Positions 12,427 through 24,376 of a DNA stretch of 64,000 nucleotides are shown piece after piece. Each line of letters starts with the position of its first letter. Within the stretch, counting starts at the first letter, position 1. The position numbers and the translations under genes are program-made. Origin of the DNA: Xylographa opegraphella (taxonomy: Eukaryota); the NCBI GenBank assembly GCA_022813865.1, contig JALDZX010000042.1:1-64000 (forward strand), read 5' to 3'. The notes under the pieces were generated by a model, which had not been told where the DNA came from, made no database searches, and saw nothing but the letters and a program-made list of their open reading frames with translations.

Positions 12427-14327
12427 ATGGGATTGTAGAATGGATAAAGCTTAATGTGAGTGTAGGTTGTGGGTTGGATGTTTTGATATATATTGCAGAT
12501 TTTCAATCCGGCAGGAATTCTTCTGTTGCATTTTCAGATCATAAATGGTGTTTTCTGCCTTTGCCGTATTTACCCCCTCTGGCATTCGCGCCAGGCTTGG
12601 AAGCCTAAGATTCTTCTTGGTTCTCTGAAATAGCGTAAACAGCTGATGCTTTCCATTGTTTGACGAACACAGGCTAAAGATGGCCTATTTTAGATTATGC
12701 TCTCTTTAGGATAGCTTAGGCTTCTAGCCTCGGACGGAACTATTACTTTGTGCAACCAACCGTAAAAAAACATTCGGCTTCCGCAATGCTTGTAACTCCC
12801 TAATTCTGCATAGAACAGAATATTGAGCTCCGCATGGATAAACACATATTCCAGCTTCCCAATTTGAAGCTTAGTACGGAGTATCGCTGGATTTGATAAC
12901 GGATAGAGAACCGCCCGTGTTTGCTGTCATCCTTCCTTAGCCATTGTGCTCTAGGTTGGCAAGTGAAGTCGCACGAACACCTTACCCTGATGGTCTGCTC
13001 TTCGATTGGACATGATGCGAAATTGGTTGTATGCTGTGTACAACTCCAATCTGAGTCAGAAAGCCTGTTGCGATGATTGTGTAGCTGGAACACCTGATGT
13101 TTCGGTGGAGTCCTGCCTATGCCGCATTCTTGCCCGATTCTTTTCCTATTTTCCGTGGTTCGTATTATTGTGCTCCCACACAAGACACTTCTTGGCCAAA
13201 ATTGCTGGGTGAGCGGAGTATGGAAACGCTTCTTTGTTGCGACTGTCGCTGAAGTGTGAGGCACTATGTATGAAAAGTGGATAACTTGTTGTTATGAATG
13301 TGTCAATTTCTTGGAGTTTCTATCGAGTATCTCGACGTGGACATCGTCGAGAAGAGAGTTTTGGTCAGAGAACAAATACCCAATGCGGGAGTACGCTTAT
13401 CATGCTCAGTCTACATCCTCCGCGATCCAGGTCGTATACACTAACCAATACATTATACGAATTTGGAGTTATCCTGGGCTTATTCCCACACGCTTCAGGC
13501 CGTGTATTCGGTCTTTGCTTCAATTTTGAAACAACGTCTCCACAATGAGGATCTCCAGGAAAATTGGGTTTGGCTCACCGTAATACCAGGCCGTGGCTGA
13601 TCGGAAGGACACAACTTTCCGGGCGAGACTTCCTTGTCGATGTTTAACAACAGAATTGATTGAAGGGACTGGGCAGTAATTCAGACCTTGCTCTCAACTC
13701 TATACCTTGGTGCCATTGCTTCGTCCCAAATACGAAATTTGATAGTTTACTACATCCGATTCTTCCCTTGTGTTACAATGCGCAGACTCACCATAGAGAC
13801 ATATAACTACTACGGCAAGAGTTTGTGAGCGCCAGCACAACTTACGGCGTTGAGATTTCTTTTCATGCTGACTCTAATAAAGCAAATACTGCCTTTGGGT
13901 CGATATCTTAGCTCTGATGTAGAGTTACTTTGACACTATGGTGCTGAATTGAGGCTTTTCTCTGAGCTCTATTTCATTAACACTGTGTATACTTTGCCTC
14001 AACTTATGATCCTATTTGGTCAACATGCTCACTGATGCTTTGATTTACTATTATAACTTCCCTCTGCAACATCCTGGCTATTGAAAGTGTTCGTATTTAC
14101 CATAGCAGCCAGCCTCTCGAGATGTTGCTGTGTACTTGATTTGCAAATCTTTCCATTCACATACAACAACCACAGTGGACCATCGCTTTAACACGTCCAT
14201 ATCATCCGACCACCACTTACCCCGTCACCCCAAGACCTTTCATCCTATCTCACCACCAGCTCAGTCAACCACCATCTCACATCACCTCACCCCAGCCCCA
14301 AAAGTCTATCCTCCCCATCCGCCCACC

Positions 14328-15221
14328 ATGTCCATCTTCCATCCAACACCCACCTCCCTCGCCACCGCCATCCACACCACCCTCACCCGCGCCTGCGCCC
14401 CCCACCCCTCACACAGCTACAAAACCGCCCTCTTCGCCACTACCATCACCGCCGCCGACCCCGTCCTCACCTGCCTGCACCGCCTCTCCACCTCCACGCA
14501 CATCACCCCCTCGGAGCGCCACCTCTTCACCACCACGCACACGCGGCTCTCCTTCCTCCTCGCCCAAGAAGCCGCCGGCGTCCCCATCTCCAACACCCAA
14601 CTCCTCCTCAACGCCCTCCTCGTCGACGACCTCGTCGCCGTCCTCGACGCCGACTTGCGCGCCAGTGGCCAAATGCCCCTTTCGGAACCCCTGTCGCCCC
14701 TCGAGCTCGACACAGATCCCGTGGAGGTCTTGTTGCACGCCACGGCCACCGCGCTGAGGCGGGCCTGCGACACTTCCCGCGGCGGGGTCCTGCGCACCTG
14801 CATCTCCGGCGCGAAACAGCTGCTCGTCGCGCTGGAGGGCCTGAGCCGCGACGGGCGGCTGGCGGAAGAGGAGAGGGCGGTCTTCGCCCGCGCGAGGGAC
14901 GAGCTGCACCGGCTGTGGGCGCTGCAGCGCCAGGGAGACAAGGTGCGAGACCTGCACGAGGCCGAGGCCTTGTATATCGCGTATCGGGCGTGGTGGCGGC
15001 CGGTGCTGGGGGTCTTGCAGCGGGATAGGGAGAGGAGGGCTGGTGGCGCTGGGGAGCGGGTGGATGGGCAGACTGTCTTTGCGGCTGCGTTGGCGAGCGG
15101 CGAGTGGATTGTCAGGGAGGGTGGGGCGGTGGATGGGGGGAGTGCGCCGTTGAAGAGGGCGTCAGCGACGGGGAGTCTGGCGGCGTCGTTTAGGAGGAAG
15201 GTGAAGGGTGTATTTACGTGA
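14328..15221 (+). CDS. Hypothetical orphan protein with two diverged helical repeats
   Basis: ATG in CCCACCATG context; open for 297 codons; internal repeat L.RAC...I..A...L..L..LS......ER..F.....L..L. Confidence 0.7.
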   Translation: MSIFHPTPTSLATAIHTTLTRACAPHPSHSYKTALFATTITAADPVLTCLHRLSTSTHITPSERHLFTTTHTRLSFLLAQEAAGVPISNTQLLLNALLVDDLVAVLDADLRASGQMPLSEPLSPLELDTDPVEVLLHATATALRRACDTSRGGVLRTCISGAKQLLVALEGLSRDGRLAEEERAVFARARDELHRLWALQRQGDKVRDLHEAEALYIAYRAWWRPVLGVLQRDRERRAGGAGERVDGQTVFAAALASGEWIVREGGAVDGGSAPLKRASATGSLAASFRRKVKGVFT

Positions 15222-16029
15222 GGGGCTGATCGGGGGGGAGGGAGAGGGGCGCGGGTGTGGGGTGCTGTCGCGGTGTCTCGGAGGATTTTTTGGAGTTCGC
15301 GCAGCATTGCTGGCCGACTTTTCAGAGTGGATATGCATCGGCGGGCGGTGCGGGAACGCGACAGTCGTGTTTCTCGCGCTGGGGCTGGCGGTGAGAAGAT
15401 GATATCCCCGCGCTCTGGATCGGTGCGGCATTTGCGATGGGGTAGCTGGTCGTTATGTGATACTCCTTTAACCAGGTATTTTTGCACGGCAGTAGATTTC
15501 AACCCGATTGCCCGCCTGCGATCCAGCAGATTAGGTTGTGATGAGCTGAACTGCTGTAGAAGCTGGAGAGTGCTGGGCAGACCACATCGTTGAGCGCACT
15601 TCCGAAGCCTGATGGCGGACTGCCCAATACGAGCTGCTTCGGCGATCGTGTCGAGCTTGGCTCGATTCATGATCGTGGAGAGGGAATCGGGAGGATGGAG
15701 GATTCCTGAGGTAAATATGGCTTTCGGGTATGAGATGGCGGAGGACCCAGTAGCAAGGTTAAGATAGGATAATGAACAACAAAATGACAGAACATGACAT
15801 GTCGATCAAGGAAATGCGATTGAAGTCCCACGCTCAAAGGTCACCAGTGATACCTCCCCGAAGCTCTGTTGTACATCCACCGCTATGCGTACACAAACAA
15901 AACAATGGAGAGATCTATATCGCCAAGCCGGTACGCTCGATAATCCTGCACGAAACGCCATCCACCCAACGACCCGAGTCTCAGATCAAAACACCAGCCC
16001 TCAGTCTCTCAAACCCCCAAACCCCAAAT

Positions 16030-17713
16030 CTACTCGTAGTTGTCCTCCAATTCATGCGCATAGTGCGCCAAGTACGGGTCCTCGTTCACGACCTTCATAA
16101 CCGCCGCCTGGGCCTTCTTGTTCGTCTGCAACGTTTGGAACAGCTTCTTCATCTCCCCATCGGACATATGAGCCACTTTCTCGAGGTCTTCATCCGACGA
16201 ATCCTCTCTCGGGAATACCTCGCCGTCATCATACCACGCCTCGGCATCTCGCTTGTAGACGCCAAAGTGATCGTCAAAATCAGACTCGGCATCACGAGCG
16301 TACAGGTCAAAGTCGTCGTAGTACTCCGCTTCGGCGTCGCGGGAGAAGAGGCTGCTGTAGGAGTCGTCCACGTCGCGGGTGAAGAGCTTGCTATCGTAAA
16401 AAGCTTCCGGGTAGGCGTACCGGGCGAACAGCTCGCTGTCATAGAAGGACGCATCGGCACCGACATTACGCTTGGGCTTCTTGGCTTGGGCAGGAGGAGC
16501 TCCGGATTTGGCTTTTGCTGGAGTACCCGCGGTCGATTTCCCCTTGACCGAAGCACCGTTCGCGCCCGCTGCACCCTTTTTGGTCCAGCCGTTGGCGGGA
16601 TTTGCAATGGCTTTCATGATCTCGCCCGGGATTTGACCCGACTTGAGCACCTCGACGGCGTGAGTGGAGGGATGATTGCAGAGGACGGGGTCGCAAGGAC
16701 TTTCGTGGGCTGGTGGTACCCATTCTTGGGCCATTTTACTCCCCGCAAACGCGGCCACGAGGGCGGGTGGCCACGCCTGCTTGTGAACGATCATCTGGAC
16801 GATGGCGTCTATAGTGAGCTCTACACAAAGGAGGTTAGTGAAGTTTTTCGATGTGGATCTTGAAAAGTGACTTACCACCAGCTTCGTTGACCTTCTGAGG
16901 GCCGCCGTTATTGGGAGGGGCTGGTCCACCCTTCGCTGGTCCACCCTCTGAGGCGACTGGGCCCTTACTAGCGCGTACGAGTAACTGTCCATTGGATTCC
17001 TTGCGAGCATAGACAGAATCGCCATTTGCTGCACGACTGAACAGGTCACGTGCCCGGCGAGGTATTGGAATGGGCGGTAGAGAAAGATCGAAGTCTCCCC
17101 CCTTGCCACCTTTCCCTCCTGGACCTGATGATCCGCCGGGGCCATTTTTTCCACCATTGGCGTCTGCGAAAGATGAATTAGTCGCGGTGAAAGTATACGG
17201 TAATTGGATAGGCATACCTCCACCCTTGGCTGCTTTACCACCTGGACCGGAATTTCCGCCAGGACCACTTGAGCCGCCAGGCCCGCTTTGCGGGCCGTCT
17301 CCACCATTGCCTCCTGCTCCGGCAACGCTTGCGCCACTAGTTCCACCGGTTCCGCCCGTACCACCTTGAACATTTTGAGCTCCGCCGATGGTAACTCCAG
17401 CGCCAAAGGTATCGCCAGAAAACACGTATGTTGTTCCACCAACTTTTGTTTCGGATTCGCCAGCAGCGCCAACGGCTCCAGATCTAGAGCTTCCTCCTGG
17501 TGCGCCAGGACCGCCGTTGCCCTTTGCTACGGACGAGCCTCCTTTGGTGTCTCCTCCCTTGCTGTCACCGCCATTGCCTCCAACTCCGGCAATCCCACCT
17601 TTTCCGCTCTTTGTGTCTCCTCCCTTGCTGTCACCGCCGCGACCCCCCGGGCCTGCTTCAGCAATAGTAGCCATTGCGAAGACGATCCCGGTGGCGAGAA
17701 GAGTGAGCTTCAT
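16030..17713 (-). CDS. Secreted Gly-rich polyprotein with Kex2/Ste13-type repeats (KEP-like), ~542 aa
   Basis: Signal peptide MKLTLLATGIVFAMATIAEA; a 55-nt intron at 16821-16875 (GTAAGT..CTAAC..TAG) joins ORFs 16835..17755 and 16030..17472 in frame; repeats end LFAR/LFTR/LFSR/LYAR/VYKR/VFPR, three followed by DAE(A/S). Confidence 0.88.
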
Positions 17714-19729
17714 ATTGAAAGAATGTAGGTAATATTGATACGAAACGATTGTCAAAAATATCTCGTCAAGAGATCACGATCGTGTAGAAGAAATATAATT
17801 AGTAGCAGGATTTCGAACTCAGTGAAGTGGATTATTATAGTGCCATACAAACGACGCAATGGGACTTTAATAGGAAAGTAGAGGAGAGGCTTAGCGCCGT
17901 GTGCGGTGAAATCCTTCTGCACAGGGACAGTCAATCATTGCTGCAGTCCGTGTTGGTGTTCGTGGTCAGCAACGAGGCAAATAACGAGAGAAAATCTCTT
18001 GGACAGCTGAAACAACATAAAAAGCGGGTAAGGCAATAGTACTGCAGGGACTTGAGCCTTATTGAACACTCGATACCATCGGGAAACTCCGTGTTCACTA
18101 TCCTGCCTCCGCCGTAGTAGAAGATGGGCATAGGATTGGGGTTTAGCTTCCCATCAGATCGATAAATTCTAGACCTCCTGCTCCTGCTATGAATCGTTTA
18201 ACTTGGAATCTTTCTGTGTACCATAGCACGTACAACGGCCAGGTTGGTGGCACGGTTCCTTGCGTGATATTCGTGGTTACATTGGGGCTAGTGGCGTATA
18301 TTGGATCAGCACATGTGTTGATACAGAGTTGGTTTGACTCATGTGTCTGGGAAAGACGCCGTACTACCGCCGTGCCAGACGTAGCTCAGCGTAGCTCAGC
18401 GAAGGTTTGCGTAGCTTTGAATAAACACAACAAATTCTTGACAATGGGGTGTCGAGCATACTATGAAGCAACCCATCAATTCAATATTCTGGAGGGCAAA
18501 AGCCGCCCTTGAATTTGGTCTGACGATATAGCACTGTTCATATATCACCCATTTCTGAAGTTCCGTCTTCCTCCTCTCAATCATGATGAGAAATTTCTTT
18601 CTGCCTGCTCCTTCGACATGGAGGATTTCAAGGTTGGGGCTGGGGGGGGCGGCTTTGCTGTCCCGTAACTCTAAACATCAGCTTGGCCACAGAGCTCCCA
18701 AAGTTAGACCGATTCACAAGACCGGTTGCTATTGATTACGGTCAGCCTCGAAGCAATCACCCTATTCCCCCCTCAGCAGGCAGAATAGACGTCCGGTTGG
18801 TTGGTAAGCGCGTGCCAGTGACTGTAAGCCTGATGCGCACCATATTCTAAACGGCGGTCAAGGCATTGTGCATCATGCATTGTTAGATCCTTCATGAAGA
18901 GGAAGTAGTGGGAGATTACACAGTAAATCCAAAGGTAGGACACAGAGCAAAGCAATCAGGCCATCAAATCATGCAGCTATCGGTTGTCGCAGATTACGCC
19001 GCCACCCATGCGTGAAACAAAGAAAGGCATGACCCAAATCGAGACTCGGTTCTTGGCGGCTGAAATTCGAGCGTCGTGGAGGCGCTTACCGCCGAACTAG
19101 CGTCCTCGGCCACACGTGTCCCTTGGCGCGTGCACTTGGCGCGCTCGGGTACGAAGTTAGTGTTACCGCACGTTGCAGCTTCGCCCAGTCTCGTAGCGCT
19201 TTCATCCCATACGGTATCTCAGCTGACCGCACCTCTGCTGTACGATGGACCGCTCGGGTCAGCCGGGCCCGTGCCTACAAGGATTGCGCCACAGGAATGC
19301 CGGTGTGATTGTAGTTGAAACATGAACCCGCCCTACGGTGTGACTTTACCCGTACTACATGACTGCCGAGGACTGCCATCAACATTGCCAATCGTATCCG
19401 GTCAACGTCTATCTGGTTAGCATCTCGTGGCTGATCCGAACTGTGAATCTCAATGTACAGATGCATTCAACGAATGAAGATACCAGATAAACAATCCCCC
19501 TTATATGTTGAGGCCGACCGGTCTCGAGAGCAGGGCTGTGCGTGGCGTCTGTGATGTTGGTCATACAGAGATGCCTCTCAATTGATTAAGATGTCCTTCG
19601 CAGCCTCAGCTTCGTTCTTAAGCTCAATCACGTCTCTCGTGTGTCATGAGCGGAGGTTCTCTATTCCATTATTTCGTGCTTCATGTTTGTTGAGCGCGAT
19701 TTCCATTCTTCCACTCCTACATCTTGATC

Positions 19730-20959
19730 ATGATCAACTCAATCCTTCCATTCGCGCTAGCCCATTTCGTATTGGGGTATGGCATGGCCTATACTGAACC
19801 CTCATCTTTTCAGCGACCATTGTTCGTGCTCCTGATTGTCGTTTGCTGTCTCATTTCCGTTCGAAGCACGGCCTCAAATCGTCTGCCTGGCCTAGTCGGT
19901 AATGAATACGTGATCGGTTTCATGTTTCATGCGAGCAATTCTCTCTGTCTTGCAAAACGACAACCTCCTCCACACTCGACACCCAGCGCAAGGAAATTCT
20001 GGGTGATCGATCAAGTTTTCAATGGGCGATGGGGAATCGTGTACATTCCTCCTTTCAACAAGAAAGACTTCGCATACATTCCATCACCCTTAGAGCTTTT
20101 CTTCCATAGATTGTGGGATCTTATCTGGACTGCTGGCTTGATTTATATTCTCCAAACTTATAGGCTTAACGTGGACAAGGACGACTTTTCGGAAGTGCCT
20201 AATGGTTTCATACACAGACTTTCCGATGTCACGCTAAGAGAATTCATTGTCCGGGTTTACGTGTTTATCCTTGGTTATGTAATTCCTTATTGTGGTCTCC
20301 GTGCGGCACATAGTCTTCTCTCATGTGTAGCTATTGCATGTGGAGACACTCCAAATCGGTGGCCTCCCCTCTTTGGGAGCCTGACACAAGCTTACACGGT
20401 GCGGAGGTGGTACTCGTGAGTGTCACATTCTCGGCTTCTCCACAAGAACAACTAACCTAGATCCAGGGTATTCTGGCATCACCTCATGCGCAAGGCCTTC
20501 ACCTCCCACGCCGCGCTCTTGGTCAACGGAATTTTGCGCCTACCGCGTAAAAGTCAAGTCGCCCGGTATCTGATTGTTATCACCACTTTCATGCTGTCCG
20601 CATTGCTTCACATTTTAGCGAACCCAGGATACGAGCAATGCAGTGCTTACCCTCAAGTGCGCTACTACTTCAGCATCGTTTGTGCTATCGCACTGGAAGA
20701 CTTTGTGATTTCCGCCTACCAATCATGGACAGGCTCTGCCGCTGGATCTCCACCTCGAACGCTTATGCACGATAAGGAGGTGTCCGATTTCGAGAAGAGT
20801 CCCGCAATGCCAAATGGCAAGAAGATTTTCAACGCCCAGAATGCTTTTCCGAATGCTACCAAGCCTAGCTTGGTGTGGAGGATTGTCGGATTTTCCTGGG
20901 TGATGTGCTTTGAGGGATGGGCTATATCAAAGCTGATGTATGGATTATATGCATGTTAG
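19730..20959 (+). CDS. Membrane-bound O-acyltransferase, wax-synthase/MBOAT_2 type (TRI7-like acetyltransferase)
   Basis: WPPLFGSLTQAYTVRRWYS|VFWHHLMRK and FMLSALLH motifs; intron 20416-20466; multiple TM segments. Confidence 0.9.
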
Positions 20960-21745
20960 ACAAACTCTGGCTGATAGTATCTCACTCATAAAAACTATTC
21001 ATAAATCTCGACATTTCACCGCTGTCGCCTAGCTCAATAGCCAAAATATTGATGCAGCGCTAATCCGATCAGAATCATATCCCGCTTTCGCGCCATTTCG
21101 ACGACGATATACCGGTTCAGTTGTCTTAAAAAACAGCCTCACCTTGATAACTTGCATTGTCTCTAGAGTGCATGCCTTCAGCACTGTTCCTAGTTCTATC
21201 CCCGTTGATCTGTCTGGCCAATGCAGATCATCAATGAGTGGGAACAGCGCAGACTGATCACCCTTATGTGTCAGAAACAAAACCATGGCCCACCGCCGAA
21301 AGACCGCTCGTCGTCCTGCTCGATCCGCTGCCTTTAGCCGACTGTATGCCTCTACTGCCGTTACTCGGGGAAATTGCGTGATCTCTCAGAGTTATATCGT
21401 TCGGATTATCCAGATCTCGACCTTGAAACGTGCCCGACAGGTTGGTTGATATCCAAAAGTTAAGATTTCATCACTCTGTAATCCCGACTTGGTAGAGTCA
21501 TTTTGTCATTCAGGAGATAAATTCTGCGACTTGAACGAAGCCCCACGAAAGCACTCCGGTGTCTAAAATATCCGCTCCCGCTCCGGTGCACCCGCGGGCC
21601 GCTGTCTTGGCCCTTATTTGGAGTCCAGTCACGCTAAGCCCTATCAGATCCAGAGCTACATGATGGCCCCCAAAGCAAGGGAGCCTTTATCGGTATTCAA
21701 CACCTACATTTCCTATTGCAGCACCTCAAGAAACTATTCGCCATT

Positions 21746-23069
21746 ATGGTCAGTATTCCTTTTATAGTGTTCATCGGGTAGACACTAATATACGTCAGGC
21801 GTCCACTTCCGAGTCCAAAAAGCGACTTGCCCTTGCCATCATAGATTTTCTTTCCACCTCTCTCAAGGATGGCACTCTTACCTCTGAGGACGCAGAATCA
21901 ATTGAAGTGGCTCAATCATGTATTGCTGATACTTTCCACGTCGATCCCTCGGACAAAGCAGCCATGCAGGATGCGATTGGCGGCCAGTCTCTCCTTAGTA
22001 TATATGGGGTCTATGAGAAGCTGAAGGGCAAATCGCCCGGGCCAGCTGCTGCAGCAAGCGGTACCACTGGAACCGGATCCAGCACGTCTGGTGCAGCGAA
22101 AGCTGGGAACACAGACCCATCCCAAGGCGGTACGGGTGCGGAGGCGGAAGCCTTCAAGAGTAAGGGTAACTCGGCCATGGCCGCAAAGGACTACAAATCG
22201 GCGATAGAGCTGTATAGTAAAGCACTGAATCTCTCACCGTTAAACCCAATCTATCTTTCCAATCGTGCCGCAGCATATTCGGCTTCGCAACAGCATGCAG
22301 AAGCGTCAACTGATGCGGAGATGGCAGTCGCTGCTAACCCCAAATATACGAAAGCATGGAGCAGGCTCGGACTTGCGAGATTCGCCTTGGGAGATGCGAA
22401 AGGATCCATGGAAGCATATCAGAAAGGGATCGAATACGAGGGCAACGGAGGCAGTGAGGCCATGAAACGAGGATATGAAACGGCCAAGAAGAGAGTGGAA
22501 GAAGAGGAAAATGAAGCCACACAAGAGGATGAAGCAGACGATGTCGGAAGTGCAAGAGGAGGGGCCGGCGGTGCTGGCGGCATGCCCGATCTGTCTTCTC
22601 TGGCCGGCATGTTTGGCGGAAGAGGTGGAGGTGCTGGTGGAGGCATGCCCGATCTTTCCGCTCTTGCTGGTATGATGGGCGGAGGAGGCCGAGGCGGCGG
22701 GGGAGGTGGTATGCCTGATTTGAGCTCAATCATGAGCAACCCGATGTTTGCCAATATGGCCCAGAACCTGATGAGCAACCCCGATATGATGAACAATCTT
22801 ATGAGCAATCCGAGGTTGAGGCAGATGGCGGAAAGCTTTGGGGGAGGCGGGGGAGGTGCAGCGGGGGCTGAAGGAGGCGAGGGTGGTCGTGGAGGTGGAG
22901 GTGGAGGTGGAGGTGGAGGAATGCCAGACATTGCCTCATTACTGCAAGATCCGAGCATTGCAGAGATGTAAGTTTACCTCGAAACCTGGCAACACATTGC
23001 TAACAGTGTACCAGGGCTAGGAACATGATGGGTGGCGGACGCGGTGCAGGCAGAGGAGGTTCGACTTAA
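21746..23069 (+). CDS. SGT2: Small glutamine-rich TPR co-chaperone Sgt2 (GET pathway)
   Basis: N-terminal dimerisation region KKRLALAIIDFL..ESIEVAQSCI, three TPRs (AEAFKSKGN, YLSNRAAAY, KAWSRLG), GGMPDLS/NP STI1 repeats; introns 21749-21798 and 22968-23014. Confidence 0.95.
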
Positions 23070-23438
23070 CGACTTTACGTCCATAAACCTATACAAGTGA
23101 AGAGTATTAATAATGGGAAACTGGATAATTTAGATCATGTTCGCCAGTTTTTCCCAGATGTACTTCGCCCCAAATTGCGGACAGCGGTTGCCGATAAAGA
23201 TCGCCGGACATGATGGAAATGAAGTAGCATAACTAAAAAACACTATTACAAGCCCTTTTCCTCATTCTAAACAGATTGAAGGTTCAACTGTTCAGTCCAT
23301 TTCCCATGCGTGACATTGCTCGACTGGTTTCCCCATTCAGAACCCCGCATAGTGGGGCAAGAGGGGGAAAAGCTGAGCAAATACTTGAACTCAATCCAAA
23401 TTTAAGATCTTCGTAGCTTTATCACAAGTTCTACGAGC

Positions 23439-24094
23439 ATGTTCAAGAAAGAGTCTGTCACCCCAGTGTTCTCCAAACCGAGCCGTACTTACTGGCAACG
23501 CTAGGATCTCCGCTGGGGCGAAGTCCAAAGTCAAGTCCTCCGTCCAGCGCGCCATACGTACGAAGATAGTCGAGACATACCCCCTCCTAGCTCCCCATAT
23601 CGATGAGATAATCCCGAAGAAATCTCAACTCGATCTTCTCAAGCTGTAAGACCAGCTGACGCACAACTGGAGCACAAGTGCAGTGCCACTGACAACTTAG
23701 AAGGCCTGATCGTGTCACGCTCTATGCCCTCGATAACCAGCCTCTATTTTGGCAGCACATGGACGATCCATTAATACCTCATCTCCGCGTGGTACACGCT
23801 TTCCCTAAGTGTTTCTCGAGCTTGGGCATAGACCGAGGAGCTATACGGTTTGTCCTGTCGGGGGCTACGCTGATGGCGCCGGGATTGACGTCTGCGGGGG
23901 GGCGGCTACCAGGAGAAGATGCTCAGCTGAAGGAAGGAGATGTGGCGGTGGTGGAGGCAGAGGGGAAGGAGGAGGCTTGTCTTGTGGGGCAGTTGAGGAT
24001 GGGGACGGAGGAAGTGAAGGAGAAGAAGAAGGGGGTGGTCATAGATATGGGTCATTATCTAGGCGATGGTCTCTGGAATATGACTATAGATTGA
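23439..24094 (+). CDS. TMA20: Translation machinery-associated protein 20 (MCT-1; pre-PUA + PUA)
   Basis: MFKK..KSKVKSSVQRAIR; DRGAIRFVLSGATLMAPGLTSAGG; HYLGDGLW; two introns. Confidence 0.95.
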
Positions 24095-24376
24095 TATCAA
24101 TTGGTTCTGGCTATTCTTGCGACGTGTACGCAGTACTCGTCGTGATTCTGGCTTCAGTGCTGGAGATAAGAGCCGAGTGACTCTAAAGTCCGGCTGCTCC
24201 CTATGGTGTCGGAGCTTGACCATTTCGCCAGTAGAGCAACAACCATAAGGTAGATCTGCTGACGAGAGGACCGACTTCACGGTGTATCTTAGCAAGCCTA
24301 AAGATGTCTAAAAAAGGCAACGTTCAGTCTGGCATCGAGATGGCGCGGTTCGACCAGTCCTGAAGATTTGGAAACA

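Noticed and set aside
12800..13700. Possible pseudogene or transposon relic
   Set aside because: No transposase or RT motifs, TIRs or LTRs seen; fragments not assignable
14417..15670. 417 aa - strand ORF
   Set aside because: Antisense to the two-repeat gene in GC-rich, stop-poor sequence; no recognisable features
15772..16863. 363 aa + strand ORF
   Set aside because: Antisense shadow of the secreted polyprotein's second exon; no motifs
7360..20959. Canonical secondary-metabolite or dikaritin cluster
   Set aside because: No PKS, NRPS, terpene synthase, DUF3328/UstYa oxidase or transporter in the window; genes are widely spaced
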